Assembly (NCBI GenBank): GCA_964406075.1
Contig: CAYOQI010000001.1
Coordinates: 5,015-69,014 of the forward strand
Direction of reading: 5' to 3'
Source: an uncultured Pseudomonadales bacterium
Lineage (GTDB): Bacteria > Patescibacteriota > Microgenomatia > UBA1400 > PJMF01
DNA: 64,000 nt
Both the position numbers and the translations under genes were made by a program. Of this stretch, positions 37,284-45,629 are shown one piece after another. The notes beneath the pieces are model-generated. The model did not search any database, was not told where the DNA came from, and worked only from the letters and a program-made list of their open reading frames with translations. Each line of letters opens with the position of its first letter. The first letter of the stretch is position 1.

Positions 37284-38183
37284 TTATTTGAGCTCAAATA
37301 TTCGTAATTTTGCGCTTCGAGCTCGAGGGTTTTCTCGTAACTCATCAGCATTGGCTTCTAATGGTCGTTTTGTAATTTGTTTTCCTTTTCCTTGCTCTTC
37401 CCACTTCTTCAATGTTTGTTTGGCAATTCGATCTTCACCTTCGTGAAAGCTGATCGTGACGACTCTTCCTCCAGATTGTAAAACTTCAACTGCCTGAGGC
37501 AGGACGTCTGAGATATTCTCAAGCTCACTATTTACTGCAACTCGCAGTGCTTGAAAAACTTTGGTTGCTGGGTGCAGGTGACCTCTGCTTTGTTTCATCC
37601 TTTCAATAATTCCTGTTAATTGTTTCGTGGTCGTAATCGGCTTTATTTGTCGTTCTCGAACAATGGCTTTTGCAATCGATTTTGATGATTCTTCGCCGCC
37701 GTACTCTTGAAAAAGCAAAGCCAATTGGTGTTCATCAATCAATGCGAGTAAATCTTTGGCTTTTACTCCCAATCGATCATCCATTCTCATATCGAGTTCA
37801 CTATCAGAATCAAATGAAAAACCTCTTGTTGCGTCTTTGAGCTGATCAACCGTCGTACCAAAGTCAAACAAGATTCCGTAAATACTTTGTTTCACTTCGG
37901 TGCGAAGATTGTCCAACTGATTTTTTAAATCTCTGAAATTTGATCGAAGTAAAATTAAACTGCCAGCTTCGATTTCATTCTTAAATTTCTCTTGACCAAA
38001 ATCGATTGCTTCCTGATCAAAGTCAAAAGCAATGACTTTTCCGCCTTTTTCTAAAATTGCCTGTGTATGACCGCCTCTTCCAAACGTTCCATCCACATAC
38101 CATTTCCGTGTTTTTACCTGTAAACCTTCAATGGCTTCAACTGGCATAACTGATTGATGTAAAGGTGCTTGCATAAATTCCAA
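37284..38183 (-). CDS. rsmH: 16S rRNA (cytosine1402-N4)-methyltransferase RsmH
   Basis: HQSVMPVEAIEGL, YVDGTFGRGGH, DLGVSS-like FDFGTT and ISFHEGEDRI motifs. Confidence 0.95.
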   Translation of the reverse strand: MEFMQAPLHQSVMPVEAIEGLQVKTRKWYVDGTFGRGGHTQAILEKGGKVIAFDFDQEAIDFGQEKFKNEIEAGSLILLRSNFRDLKNQLDNLRTEVKQSIYGILFDFGTTVDQLKDATRGFSFDSDSELDMRMDDRLGVKAKDLLALIDEHQLALLFQEYGGEESSKSIAKAIVRERQIKPITTTKQLTGIIERMKQSRGHLHPATKVFQALRVAVNSELENISDVLPQAVEVLQSGGRVVTISFHEGEDRIAKQTLKKWEEQGKGKQITKRPLEANADELRENPRARSAKLRIFELK

Positions 38184-38618
38184 TTATTTTTTTTCTTCAG
38201 GTTCGATGTGTTCAGCGATATCATTTGCTCGAGTCTCTAAGTTTTCTATGTATTGGTGATATCGTTCTACGTCCCAAATTTCAATTTTGTTATAACTTCC
38301 AACGATGACGACTTGTTTTTCTAAGTGAGCAAAAGTTCTCAAGTATTCAGGAATTAAGATTCTTCCTAAATGATCAACTTCTACTTCTGATGCGTCATTG
38401 GTCATGAGACGAACGACATCGCGATGATCTTTTTTTGTAAAGGTGCGAGTGGTGAGCGTTCCCACTTCGTTTGCCCAGGTCTCACTCGGAAATACGTAGA
38501 GTCCTCCATCAAATCCTCGAGTCAAAATAAACGTCTCTGTATTCGTTCCGCGAAACTTTTTGGGCAAAGAGACGCGTCCTTTGGCTTCTATCGTGTGATA
38601 ATATCTACCGATATACAT
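38184..38618 (-). CDS. mraZ: transcriptional regulator MraZ
   Basis: MYIGRYYHTIEAKGRVSLPKKF and a second SpoVT/AbrB-like repeat VEVDHLGRILIPEYL. I chose the start at M11 of the track ORF by alignment to the canonical MraZ N-terminus. Confidence 0.9.
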   Translation of the reverse strand: MYIGRYYHTIEAKGRVSLPKKFRGTNTETFILTRGFDGGLYVFPSETWANEVGTLTTRTFTKKDHRDVVRLMTNDASEVEVDHLGRILIPEYLRTFAHLEKQVVIVGSYNKIEIWDVERYHQYIENLETRANDIAEHIEPEEKK

Positions 38619-38881
38619 TTTATAAGTCTCTTTACCATTTCTTACCACTTTGTTAATAAATATTATTGTACTCTGGGAGAGTCGGGAGTAAAGGAGAAAA
38701 TGACCCGAAAGAGCAAGCCATTTAAATAAAATATTTACGACCTTTGGAGTTTTTTATAACAGCTACTTTTTGAATCAATATTGTTTTTTAAAGAAATGAT
38801 GAAAATATACCTATACGTCGCATACTCTTCTCAAGAAGATACTTTGGTCTTATAATATTTCCCTGTGTGCCTTAGATGACG

Positions 38882-38908
38882 AAGAACGCAGAAACGCGTT
38901 CTTTTTTT
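38882..38908 (+). terminator. orphan terminator-like hairpin with a T-run
   Basis: AAGAACGC agaaac GCGTTCTT followed by TTTTT. No plus-strand gene lies upstream, and it sits 80 nt before the GtrA-like gene. Confidence 0.4.
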
Positions 38909-38986
38909 GTTCATCCAAGGTTCGCGCTTTAACAAGTTAACGGTTTCATGACGGTTTGTTCCGTCACAATATGAAAGGTATGAGAA

Positions 38987-39469
38987 ATGAGCTATGAGTT
39001 TGAGGATCAAAATGGGCCAAAGGAAAAAAGTTTCCTGCGGCGTTTTACTACTTTCGGTATTATCGGCTTGCTTTTAACGGTGGGAGGTGCATGGTTCATC
39101 GAAACCGCAGTCTCCTATGGGATTCAACCATTGTTGGCGAATTTCATTCAGGCCATTATCTCTATTGTCTTAAATTTTGTGGGCAATGAGAGATTAACTT
39201 GGGGTGATCGGCAAGGGCTTACTCGGCGAGAAAAGGTAATCCGTTTTGCCAAGGTGAAAGCATTCACGTTATCGTTTAACCAAGTATTGTTTTTGATTGG
39301 GTTGTGGAGTTTCCCTGTTTTTGTGGTGGGGACACACTACATTCTCCCGGCAATTTTGCCGATCTATCGATTTTTTCCTGAAAATACGTTCGCCTATTGG
39401 TTTAGCACCAGTATTATTATGGTGTTCAACTACATTGCGGGTGACCGCTATGTGTACGCCAAAAAGTAG
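38987..39469 (+). CDS. GtrA-like small membrane protein (flippase component)
   Basis: 160 aa with four TM helices and GtrA family motifs (FGIIGLL..., LANFIQAIISIVLNFVGNERLTWGDR). The region is GC-rich. Confidence 0.8.
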   Translation: MSYEFEDQNGPKEKSFLRRFTTFGIIGLLLTVGGAWFIETAVSYGIQPLLANFIQAIISIVLNFVGNERLTWGDRQGLTRREKVIRFAKVKAFTLSFNQVLFLIGLWSFPVFVVGTHYILPAILPIYRFFPENTFAYWFSTSIIMVFNYIAGDRYVYAKK

Positions 39470-39485
39470 AAAGGTGAAGTGAGAA

Positions 39486-40697
39486 ATGCAAGAGTGGCAG
39501 CCTTTTGTGTCATTCGTAGTCCCGCTGAGAAATCAGAAGCGGGAGAACATTCAATCGTTGCTGGGAAGTTTAACTGCTCAAGACTACCTCAATTTTGAAA
39601 TCGTCTTAGTAGGGGGAAAAGATGACTCCACATGGGAGCACATTCCTGAAGAATTTCTCGAATGGGGAGGACTTTCTCTTCAGCAAATATGGTCTGATTA
39701 TCTTGCCCCAAAATCGCTCTCTGGAAACGCTCATGCTGTACGTGCAAAATACGGCAATCGTTTAATCATAGTTGAAGTTGAGTTAGTGAAAGTTCGCCGG
39801 CGTGGAAAGATTGTCGATTGGATTGGTCGGGATACAAACGTGAAACGTAACGTTGGGTGCCGGTTAGCACGCGGCGATGTACTCTCCCTCACAGATGGGA
39901 AAAACACACATGAACGTGACTATATTCAAAATGCTTTGTCAGAAATGGTGGAGCATAACGTAGAAGCTCTCGCGGGGGAAATGTATGCACTTGAAGAAGA
40001 GCATCATGGACTACTAGAAAACATCCTGATTCTCTATCAAGAGAAAGGGTGGGTTCGACGCAATCCAACTTTTCGACAAGGCTATCGGTTAGATAGTAAG
40101 TCCATTCGAGGTGTGCGTACGCTTCCAATCACGGCCTCGTGGTGGATGACGCGCAATGCATACTCCGTTATGGGTGGGTTTGATGAGCGGATGACGATTT
40201 CCTATGAAGATTTCGCCTCCGCAATTCGTTATGTTCAAAATGGTGGAGCTTTTTGGGTCACACCAAATGTATTCGTCTATCACCGTCACCGTCGGACTTG
40301 GGCAGAAATGTCTAAAGAATGGAAGCGATCTGGTGGAGGTGCGGCGGACACGTTGCACTTCTATCGGGATTCTGCATTCGCCCAGAAGCGTTTTCGAGAT
40401 GTGGTTTCGGTTTTAGGTTCGGTTCTTTTTGCGCTGTTTGTGGGGCTTGTTCTGATCGTGGCCCAGCAATGGGAAATTATCGGAGCAGGAAGTTTCGTGG
40501 TCGGATTGATGGGGATCGGTGCCGGTTTGGCGAATGCCCGAAGTGCGGGGCGCTGGTTTGGTTTCTTCTTCCCCTTCCTCACGGTACTGTTGATTCTCAT
40601 CTTCAGTATAAGTTTCATGCGTCAATATCTCCTTCGAGATGGTGCTAAGCGACTACTTCAAACTGTGTGGTCACTAGTAATGAGGACAACGTCATGA
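39486..40697 (+). CDS. GT2 glycosyltransferase with C-terminal TM helices (GtrB/CsbB-like polyprenyl-phosphate glycosyltransferase)
   Basis: VSFVVPLRNQKRENIQSLLGSLTAQDY, FEIVLVGGKDDST, and two or three C-terminal TM helices. Confidence 0.75.
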   Translation: MQEWQPFVSFVVPLRNQKRENIQSLLGSLTAQDYLNFEIVLVGGKDDSTWEHIPEEFLEWGGLSLQQIWSDYLAPKSLSGNAHAVRAKYGNRLIIVEVELVKVRRRGKIVDWIGRDTNVKRNVGCRLARGDVLSLTDGKNTHERDYIQNALSEMVEHNVEALAGEMYALEEEHHGLLENILILYQEKGWVRRNPTFRQGYRLDSKSIRGVRTLPITASWWMTRNAYSVMGGFDERMTISYEDFASAIRYVQNGGAFWVTPNVFVYHRHRRTWAEMSKEWKRSGGGAADTLHFYRDSAFAQKRFRDVVSVLGSVLFALFVGLVLIVAQQWEIIGAGSFVVGLMGIGAGLANARSAGRWFGFFFPFLTVLLILIFSISFMRQYLLRDGAKRLLQTVWSLVMRTTS

Positions 40698-42130
40698 GTA
40701 ATAGGCGATTTGGTTTTTGTATCTTATCGGTGCTAGTGGTAACGTTGGTCATCCACTTAGCTTTTATTCCGCTAACACCAAGGGAATCGGACGAAAACGT
40801 GTACCTCAATATCACAACTGAAACGTTGTTTTTAGGGTATCCACATTTAAATCTCCATCAGTCAGGAGAACCAGAATGGTTTCCCTACCATCCGCCATTT
40901 CAGTTTTGGTTGTGGTCAATTTGGTCGAGGATTTTCGGACTGTCGATCTTATCACTCAGATGGTTTAGCAGCTTAGTTTCAGTTGCGATGGTTGGGATGA
41001 CGATGTGGTTTACCCATCTCGTCGCTCAACACAAAGGCGCTACTCTGATGGCTGGAGCGATGTTGTCGGTAGCAGGGTGGTTCAGTTATACAACTCTGCT
41101 CGTTAAAATCGATTCGACCTCTGCCCTCACTGGGATTGGAGGGCTGATCGCTCTCTTGATTGCAACTCGTAATAAAACTCGTCGGTGGTGGATTCTTGCA
41201 GGAGCTCTGTTGGGGCTAGCAACAGCGTGGAAACACGTGGGGGGCTATGTCATCATTTCGGCAGCACTGTATGGGCTATTCACCCGAAAGGCTGAAATTC
41301 AAAGTCGGCGATATGTGATTGCTTTCTTTGTTGCGATTGCCGTGGTATTTGCGTACTTCTTGTTCATGATGGTAGTCGTTCAAGATGTGTATATCGATGC
41401 CACAGCGATTCAAATCCGTAGATCGCTAGGATTACAGCAGGCACGAGGTTTAGACTTTGGTCTTGGTGAACTGCTCAACGCACTAACTCAGACGTATTGG
41501 GCGTTCGGTGGCTCAGTGCTGACATTAGTTCTCGCTGGATTGTTAGCTGTTTGGTATAGCTGGCAACACGTCCAAGGAAAAGACCAATGGTTGGCACCAC
41601 TAACAGTTGCTGTGATTGGTTCGGTTATCATGCTGACTGGCGTTCGTCTCAGGAATCCGCATTACCTCGTGTATGCGGAATGGTCAGCCCGAGCATTTCT
41701 TGCAGTTTTGTTTGTCCGACAAATTATCGACAAAAGGAGGTTTTGGAAACTAGCACGTGGCTTGTTGGTTGTGATCATCGTCTTGGATTTTGTAACGTTA
41801 GGAATTCGAGCATTGATCTTCTCAGAAAACGATGCGTTCGCACGACTGGAAGAATCCCTAGCTCAGCTTCCAGCGGAAGCAGTATTCCTGTCCGAAGAGT
41901 CTGTGTGCGCCATGGTAGAACAGCGATGCTACTCGTTCGATACAACGAGTATCGATGAGCTCGAAGCAGATCCTCCGTGGTATGTGGTTGTTCAAGACAC
42001 GCTTGTATTGGATCCACCACAAACTGTGGAAGTACAAGAGCTTATCGATAGTTCAGTTGAGTTGAAAGAAATGATGGAGACGTATTGGAAGGGGGTGTTC
42101 CGAGTATATCGGACCCCCTATCACCGTTAA
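40694..42130 (+). CDS. GT-C fold glycosyltransferase (GT39/ArnT/YfhO-like)
   Basis: Polytopic membrane protein with an N-terminal loop bearing DE (PRESDENVY) and a soluble C-terminal domain. The ATG at 40694 forms an ATGA overlap with the GT2 stop. Confidence 0.7.
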   Translation: MSNRRFGFCILSVLVVTLVIHLAFIPLTPRESDENVYLNITTETLFLGYPHLNLHQSGEPEWFPYHPPFQFWLWSIWSRIFGLSILSLRWFSSLVSVAMVGMTMWFTHLVAQHKGATLMAGAMLSVAGWFSYTTLLVKIDSTSALTGIGGLIALLIATRNKTRRWWILAGALLGLATAWKHVGGYVIISAALYGLFTRKAEIQSRRYVIAFFVAIAVVFAYFLFMMVVVQDVYIDATAIQIRRSLGLQQARGLDFGLGELLNALTQTYWAFGGSVLTLVLAGLLAVWYSWQHVQGKDQWLAPLTVAVIGSVIMLTGVRLRNPHYLVYAEWSARAFLAVLFVRQIIDKRRFWKLARGLLVVIIVLDFVTLGIRALIFSENDAFARLEESLAQLPAEAVFLSEESVCAMVEQRCYSFDTTSIDELEADPPWYVVVQDTLVLDPPQTVEVQELIDSSVELKEMMETYWKGVFRVYRTPYHR

Positions 42131-42160
42131 CTTACCATGTTTAGATACATGGATTTTTAA

Positions 42161-42189
42161 AGACCCGCTTGCATAAAGTGGGTCTTTTT
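42161..42189 (+). terminator. rho-independent terminator after the GT-C gene
   Basis: AGACCCGC ttgcataaa GTGGGTCT followed by TTTTT. Confidence 0.6.
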
Positions 42190-42219
42190 GTATATACTTC
42201 TTTTTTGGTTAAAAATTCA

Positions 42220-42260
42220 AAAAAATGAGCCACTTCCTCCCTTGCGGAAAGAAGCGGCTC
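42220..42260 (-). terminator. rho-independent terminator after the 101-aa membrane protein gene
   Basis: GAGCCGCTTC...GAAGTGGCTC stem on the minus strand, followed by ATTTTTT. Confidence 0.6.
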
Positions 42261-42266
42261 GAGAAA

Positions 42267-42572
42267 CTACGTTGTGATCGAAGTCGGGTTGTCATAGCGG
42301 TTTTTGCCTAAAAGTACTGCACCAGCAAATAGTGCAGAAGCAACCACCGCGACGGTAGCCAACAGATCTAAAGGTGAAAATGTGCGATTCGCTAGGGCGT
42401 TAAAAACACCCAGAACTGCTGCCATTTCACCTACAACGAAAAGGCTTACGCCTATAATTTTCGGCACTTTCTGGCGAAGCAGAATAGCAATTACAGCTCC
42501 GCCACCAAAAATTGCCGCTACTAAATAGTACAAATTCCATTCTGTCACGACAAATTCTCCTCTTAGCTTCAC
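42267..42572 (-). CDS. small three-TM membrane protein (101 aa)
   Basis: Three hydrophobic helices rich in Ala, Gly and Val. GC-rich like the adjacent island, with its own terminator. Confidence 0.6.
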   Translation of the reverse strand: MKLRGEFVVTEWNLYYLVAAIFGGGAVIAILLRQKVPKIIGVSLFVVGEMAAVLGVFNALANRTFSPLDLLATVAVVASALFAGAVLLGKNRYDNPTSITT

Positions 42573-42725
42573 TTAACTCTCAATTATATCCCATAACATG
42601 GGTTTTGTGTATTGACAGCGTAAGCGTTTGGTTTTTTGAAAGATGGAGGAATGCTTAATACACTTTCTCAATTGGCGACGGGATTCTTCGATTCTGGTGA
42701 GTACACTAGAATTCTCTGAATGACA

Positions 42726-45236
42726 CTATTTTCCTGAGGCAATCCAGTTGAACTCAATGTCAGTTTGAGTATCTTTATTTAGTTGAATGGTAAAACCTTT
42801 TGTAGTTTGTTTAGTAATGACGTACTGAATGTTTTGATCAAAAAATGCCTTGCGCGCTTCTTTACTCTCATCATCTCCATTATCATTTAGCATCACACTG
42901 GCTGTAACCACAGGCGTTTCTTCAAGCTCTTTTTCAAATGTGACTTCGATATGATCTTTGGTTTTTTCAACTTTTACTTTGCCGGAAGTTTGCGTATTTG
43001 ATGAGGATTCTGCTTTCGATTCAGAGGAAGCGACGACACTTGGTTCTCCACCGATTCTTTTTTCCAATTCATTGATTCTCTGATTCAGTGCTTTGATTCC
43101 TACCAACGCTATACCAGCAGGATCTATCGTAGAAATAGAAGTATCATTTTCACCGACATTAAACGCTGCTTTGAAATCTTGGGCGACCGGTCCGATATGT
43201 TTGACCTCTTCCCCATCCTGTTTGTAATTCCATTGTTGGACAGGTAAATTCACAATTTTTTGCAAAACTTCTAGTGAATCAATATCCGTAAAATTTTCTT
43301 TTTGATTGCGGTCGGAAGAGTTCGTCCAATTGGCACCGTCGCTATACGCACCTCCGGAGAGTGTAACTAAGTGATCAACCGTCGCAGTCCCAATTCCTAG
43401 AAACCCACCTGAAGTTAAAGTCATAGCAGTTCCGCTTCCAAAAGAAGCATTATTCACATTAAATTTAATCCCTTTACTCGTCCCACCTTGAATTACTGCA
43501 TTTGAGCCATCGTAACCCACCATGGTACGATTGCCGGCCATATTGGTATATGAAGAGACATTCGTTCCGTCACCGAGTCGCAGTCCTTCCGCATTATAAT
43601 TAACATGTAGTTTTGTGCCTGGATCGACGGTTCCAATACCTACGCTTCCCGCAGTATCAATAGTCATTGCAGTACCAGCACCGAAGGAGGATGTGTTGAC
43701 ATTTAATTTTAATTTTTTATCCGTCCCTGATTGAAGCACTGCAGAAGAGCCATCATATCCGACCATAGTGCGATTACTTTGCATATTAATATACGACGAG
43801 GTATTTGTTCCGTCACCTGTTGTGATTCCTGCAGCATTGGCATTGGTATCAATCACCCCAGTACCGGCGTTCAGTACGATAGATTCGGTGGAAGTATTAT
43901 CCCCGACATTGAGAACGAGCCGACGTTGACCAGATGTATTTGTTTCTCGAAATAATCGAAGTGTGGCATCTTTAGTATTACTCATTGTCTTAGGATCAAA
44001 GGTCATAACTGTGTTGTCTGATCCATCCAATTCCGTTGACCATTTTCCAATTTGATAACTGCCCGTGTCACCACTATCTCTCATTTGATGAACAAATGTT
44101 GTACGGTCACCGTAATCATTGTGGATCCCAACCGTATCTGTTTGACTAAAAATGATATCGGCAAGATCACGATCATAGTCGATTGCAAATCGAGTGAGCA
44201 TGACAGCAGGAATTGATCCTAGTGCATCTGCAACGGTTTTGACTTCCCATCTTTTTTGTTCTGTTTCATCATTTATGTCGACACTGTGTATTCCAAACGC
44301 AGCGACATGTCGAGCGTTGTGATCAATACTACTGATCCAGGGGCGATCATATTGACTTGTTGCACGGAGTGAAATTAATCGAGTAATTGTGCCAGTTGTT
44401 GGTGTATTGGCAGTCAGAGAAATTCCTTGGTTTTCACCTATTGTCATAGCACCACTCGAGTTAAAAGAAGCGAGTGAATTACCTGAACTATTTTGAATAT
44501 CGATTAATCGATTGGTTTGCCCACTTGCTCCTCTGACCACTAACGTTTTTTCGTCGGTATCACCCACAATACCTAGTTTTCCAATTGAACTTGTAGAGCC
44601 AATACTCACATTGGCAGATGTATCGCCGGCGGAAACAACTCCACTGCTGTTATTCCATCCATCAGAACTGCTGGAAGTTGCGGTATTGGTAATTTTAATT
44701 TTTCTATTATCCTTATCGGTTGATAAAGAAATTCCATCTCCGGATTCAAACGTTAAGGCATCATTGTTTGAAGTAGCAGAAATAGTATCTTGATCATGCA
44801 CTTTAAACTCTTTAAAAATATTTTGAGCAGAACCTTTATCAGTGTTCACAATGGCACTTTTCAATATTTCAATTCCATTTCCTGCCACCAGCGACAACAC
44901 CCCAGTATTTGATATCCGATTTCCTTTAATTGAGATTCCAGTTCCGGCCATAAATGGAGCAATTTGGAGAGAATATTCAGGAGAAATCGCTGAAGAAGTT
45001 GCGATGTCCTGGCTAGTGTCTATAGCTGCGGCAACTGTTGGTAATGGTGAAATTAATTCTTTTTCGTCATTGGCTTTTTTTTCTGCAGCCTGCTGACATG
45101 GTTTATTACGAATAACCCAAGAGATCACTGGCAAGTTCCAAACACAGAAGCCAGATGATTCTTCAGCAGCTACGGCCGTTTGAGGGATCGACAGAAAAAC
45201 TATGAGTGATAGTAAGAATATCCGAAAAAATTTCAT
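42726..45236 (-). CDS. secreted fibre/adhesin-like protein with a peptidase S74 intramolecular chaperone domain (tail-fibre type)
   Basis: Signal peptide (...PQTAVA|AEE) and G/S/T/N-rich beta-repeats including an 81-aa tandem duplication. The C-terminal region reads SDRNQKENFTDIDSLEVLQKIVNLPVQQWNYKQDGEEVKHIGPVAQDF...ALNQRINELEKRI, which matches the S74 auto-processing domain. About 110 further residues follow it. Confidence 0.8.
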   Translation of the reverse strand: MKFFRIFLLSLIVFLSIPQTAVAAEESSGFCVWNLPVISWVIRNKPCQQAAEKKANDEKELISPLPTVAAAIDTSQDIATSSAISPEYSLQIAPFMAGTGISIKGNRISNTGVLSLVAGNGIEILKSAIVNTDKGSAQNIFKEFKVHDQDTISATSNNDALTFESGDGISLSTDKDNRKIKITNTATSSSSDGWNNSSGVVSAGDTSANVSIGSTSSIGKLGIVGDTDEKTLVVRGASGQTNRLIDIQNSSGNSLASFNSSGAMTIGENQGISLTANTPTTGTITRLISLRATSQYDRPWISSIDHNARHVAAFGIHSVDINDETEQKRWEVKTVADALGSIPAVMLTRFAIDYDRDLADIIFSQTDTVGIHNDYGDRTTFVHQMRDSGDTGSYQIGKWSTELDGSDNTVMTFDPKTMSNTKDATLRLFRETNTSGQRRLVLNVGDNTSTESIVLNAGTGVIDTNANAAGITTGDGTNTSSYINMQSNRTMVGYDGSSAVLQSGTDKKLKLNVNTSSFGAGTAMTIDTAGSVGIGTVDPGTKLHVNYNAEGLRLGDGTNVSSYTNMAGNRTMVGYDGSNAVIQGGTSKGIKFNVNNASFGSGTAMTLTSGGFLGIGTATVDHLVTLSGGAYSDGANWTNSSDRNQKENFTDIDSLEVLQKIVNLPVQQWNYKQDGEEVKHIGPVAQDFKAAFNVGENDTSISTIDPAGIALVGIKALNQRINELEKRIGGEPSVVASSESKAESSSNTQTSGKVKVEKTKDHIEVTFEKELEETPVVTASVMLNDNGDDESKEARKAFFDQNIQYVITKQTTKGFTIQLNKDTQTDIEFNWIASGK

Positions 45237-45311
45237 TGAAAGGTGATGTGATCGATCTTTTATTTCATCAACACTGTAGCTGGTTTTGAGAAGAATTTCT
45301 AGGAAGAAAAA

Positions 45312-45620
45312 TCAATTTCTTCGCATATCTCGAGTAAGATAGGCATGGAAGATGTAAGAAAAAATAACAGTTTCAATATAAGGTATTTCAAATCTTTCGT
45401 TTTCATGCACATCAAAAAGCTCGACCTGGTTATTTAATTGAACCATACCATCAGCGTATTCTTCACTGCCAGGTTTTGATTGTAGTACAAGTTCAAAATT
45501 GCCGTCATTCAGACAAGAAAGATTACGAAGAAGTATTTGAATAAGCAGATTTTTCTCTAAGGTTTTCAACCTAAATTCATTAACGGTTTTTTTTAACGCC
45601 CGTTCATGTATATGAGCCAT
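45312..45620 (-). CDS. hypothetical protein (102 aa)
   Basis: Intact ORF 9 nt downstream of the 281-aa gene and 75 nt upstream of the fibre gene. Confidence 0.5.
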   Translation of the reverse strand: MAHIHERALKKTVNEFRLKTLEKNLLIQILLRNLSCLNDGNFELVLQSKPGSEEYADGMVQLNNQVELFDVHENERFEIPYIETVIFSYIFHAYLTRDMRRN

Positions 45621-45629
45621 AATCTTCGT

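Noticed and set aside
38700-38729. 9-codon plus-strand mini-ORF (MTRKSKPFK) preceded by AAGGAG
   Set aside because: The AAGGAG is the third of the phased G-rich repeats upstream of mraZ, the spacing to the ATG is only 3 nt, and there is no supporting context.
39836-39850. parS-like half site (CGTGAAAC)
   Set aside because: Only half of the TGTTTCACGTGAAACA palindrome is present, and it lies inside the GT2 coding sequence of the foreign island. It is probably chance.
39889-41958. Multiple 70-123-aa ORFs in alternative frames and on the opposite strand within the GT2/GT-C island
   Set aside because: They are expected by-products of the locally higher GC content, which gives fewer stop codons. 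The sequences are Arg/Pro/Gly-rich nonsense and overlap well-supported glycosyltransferase CDSs.
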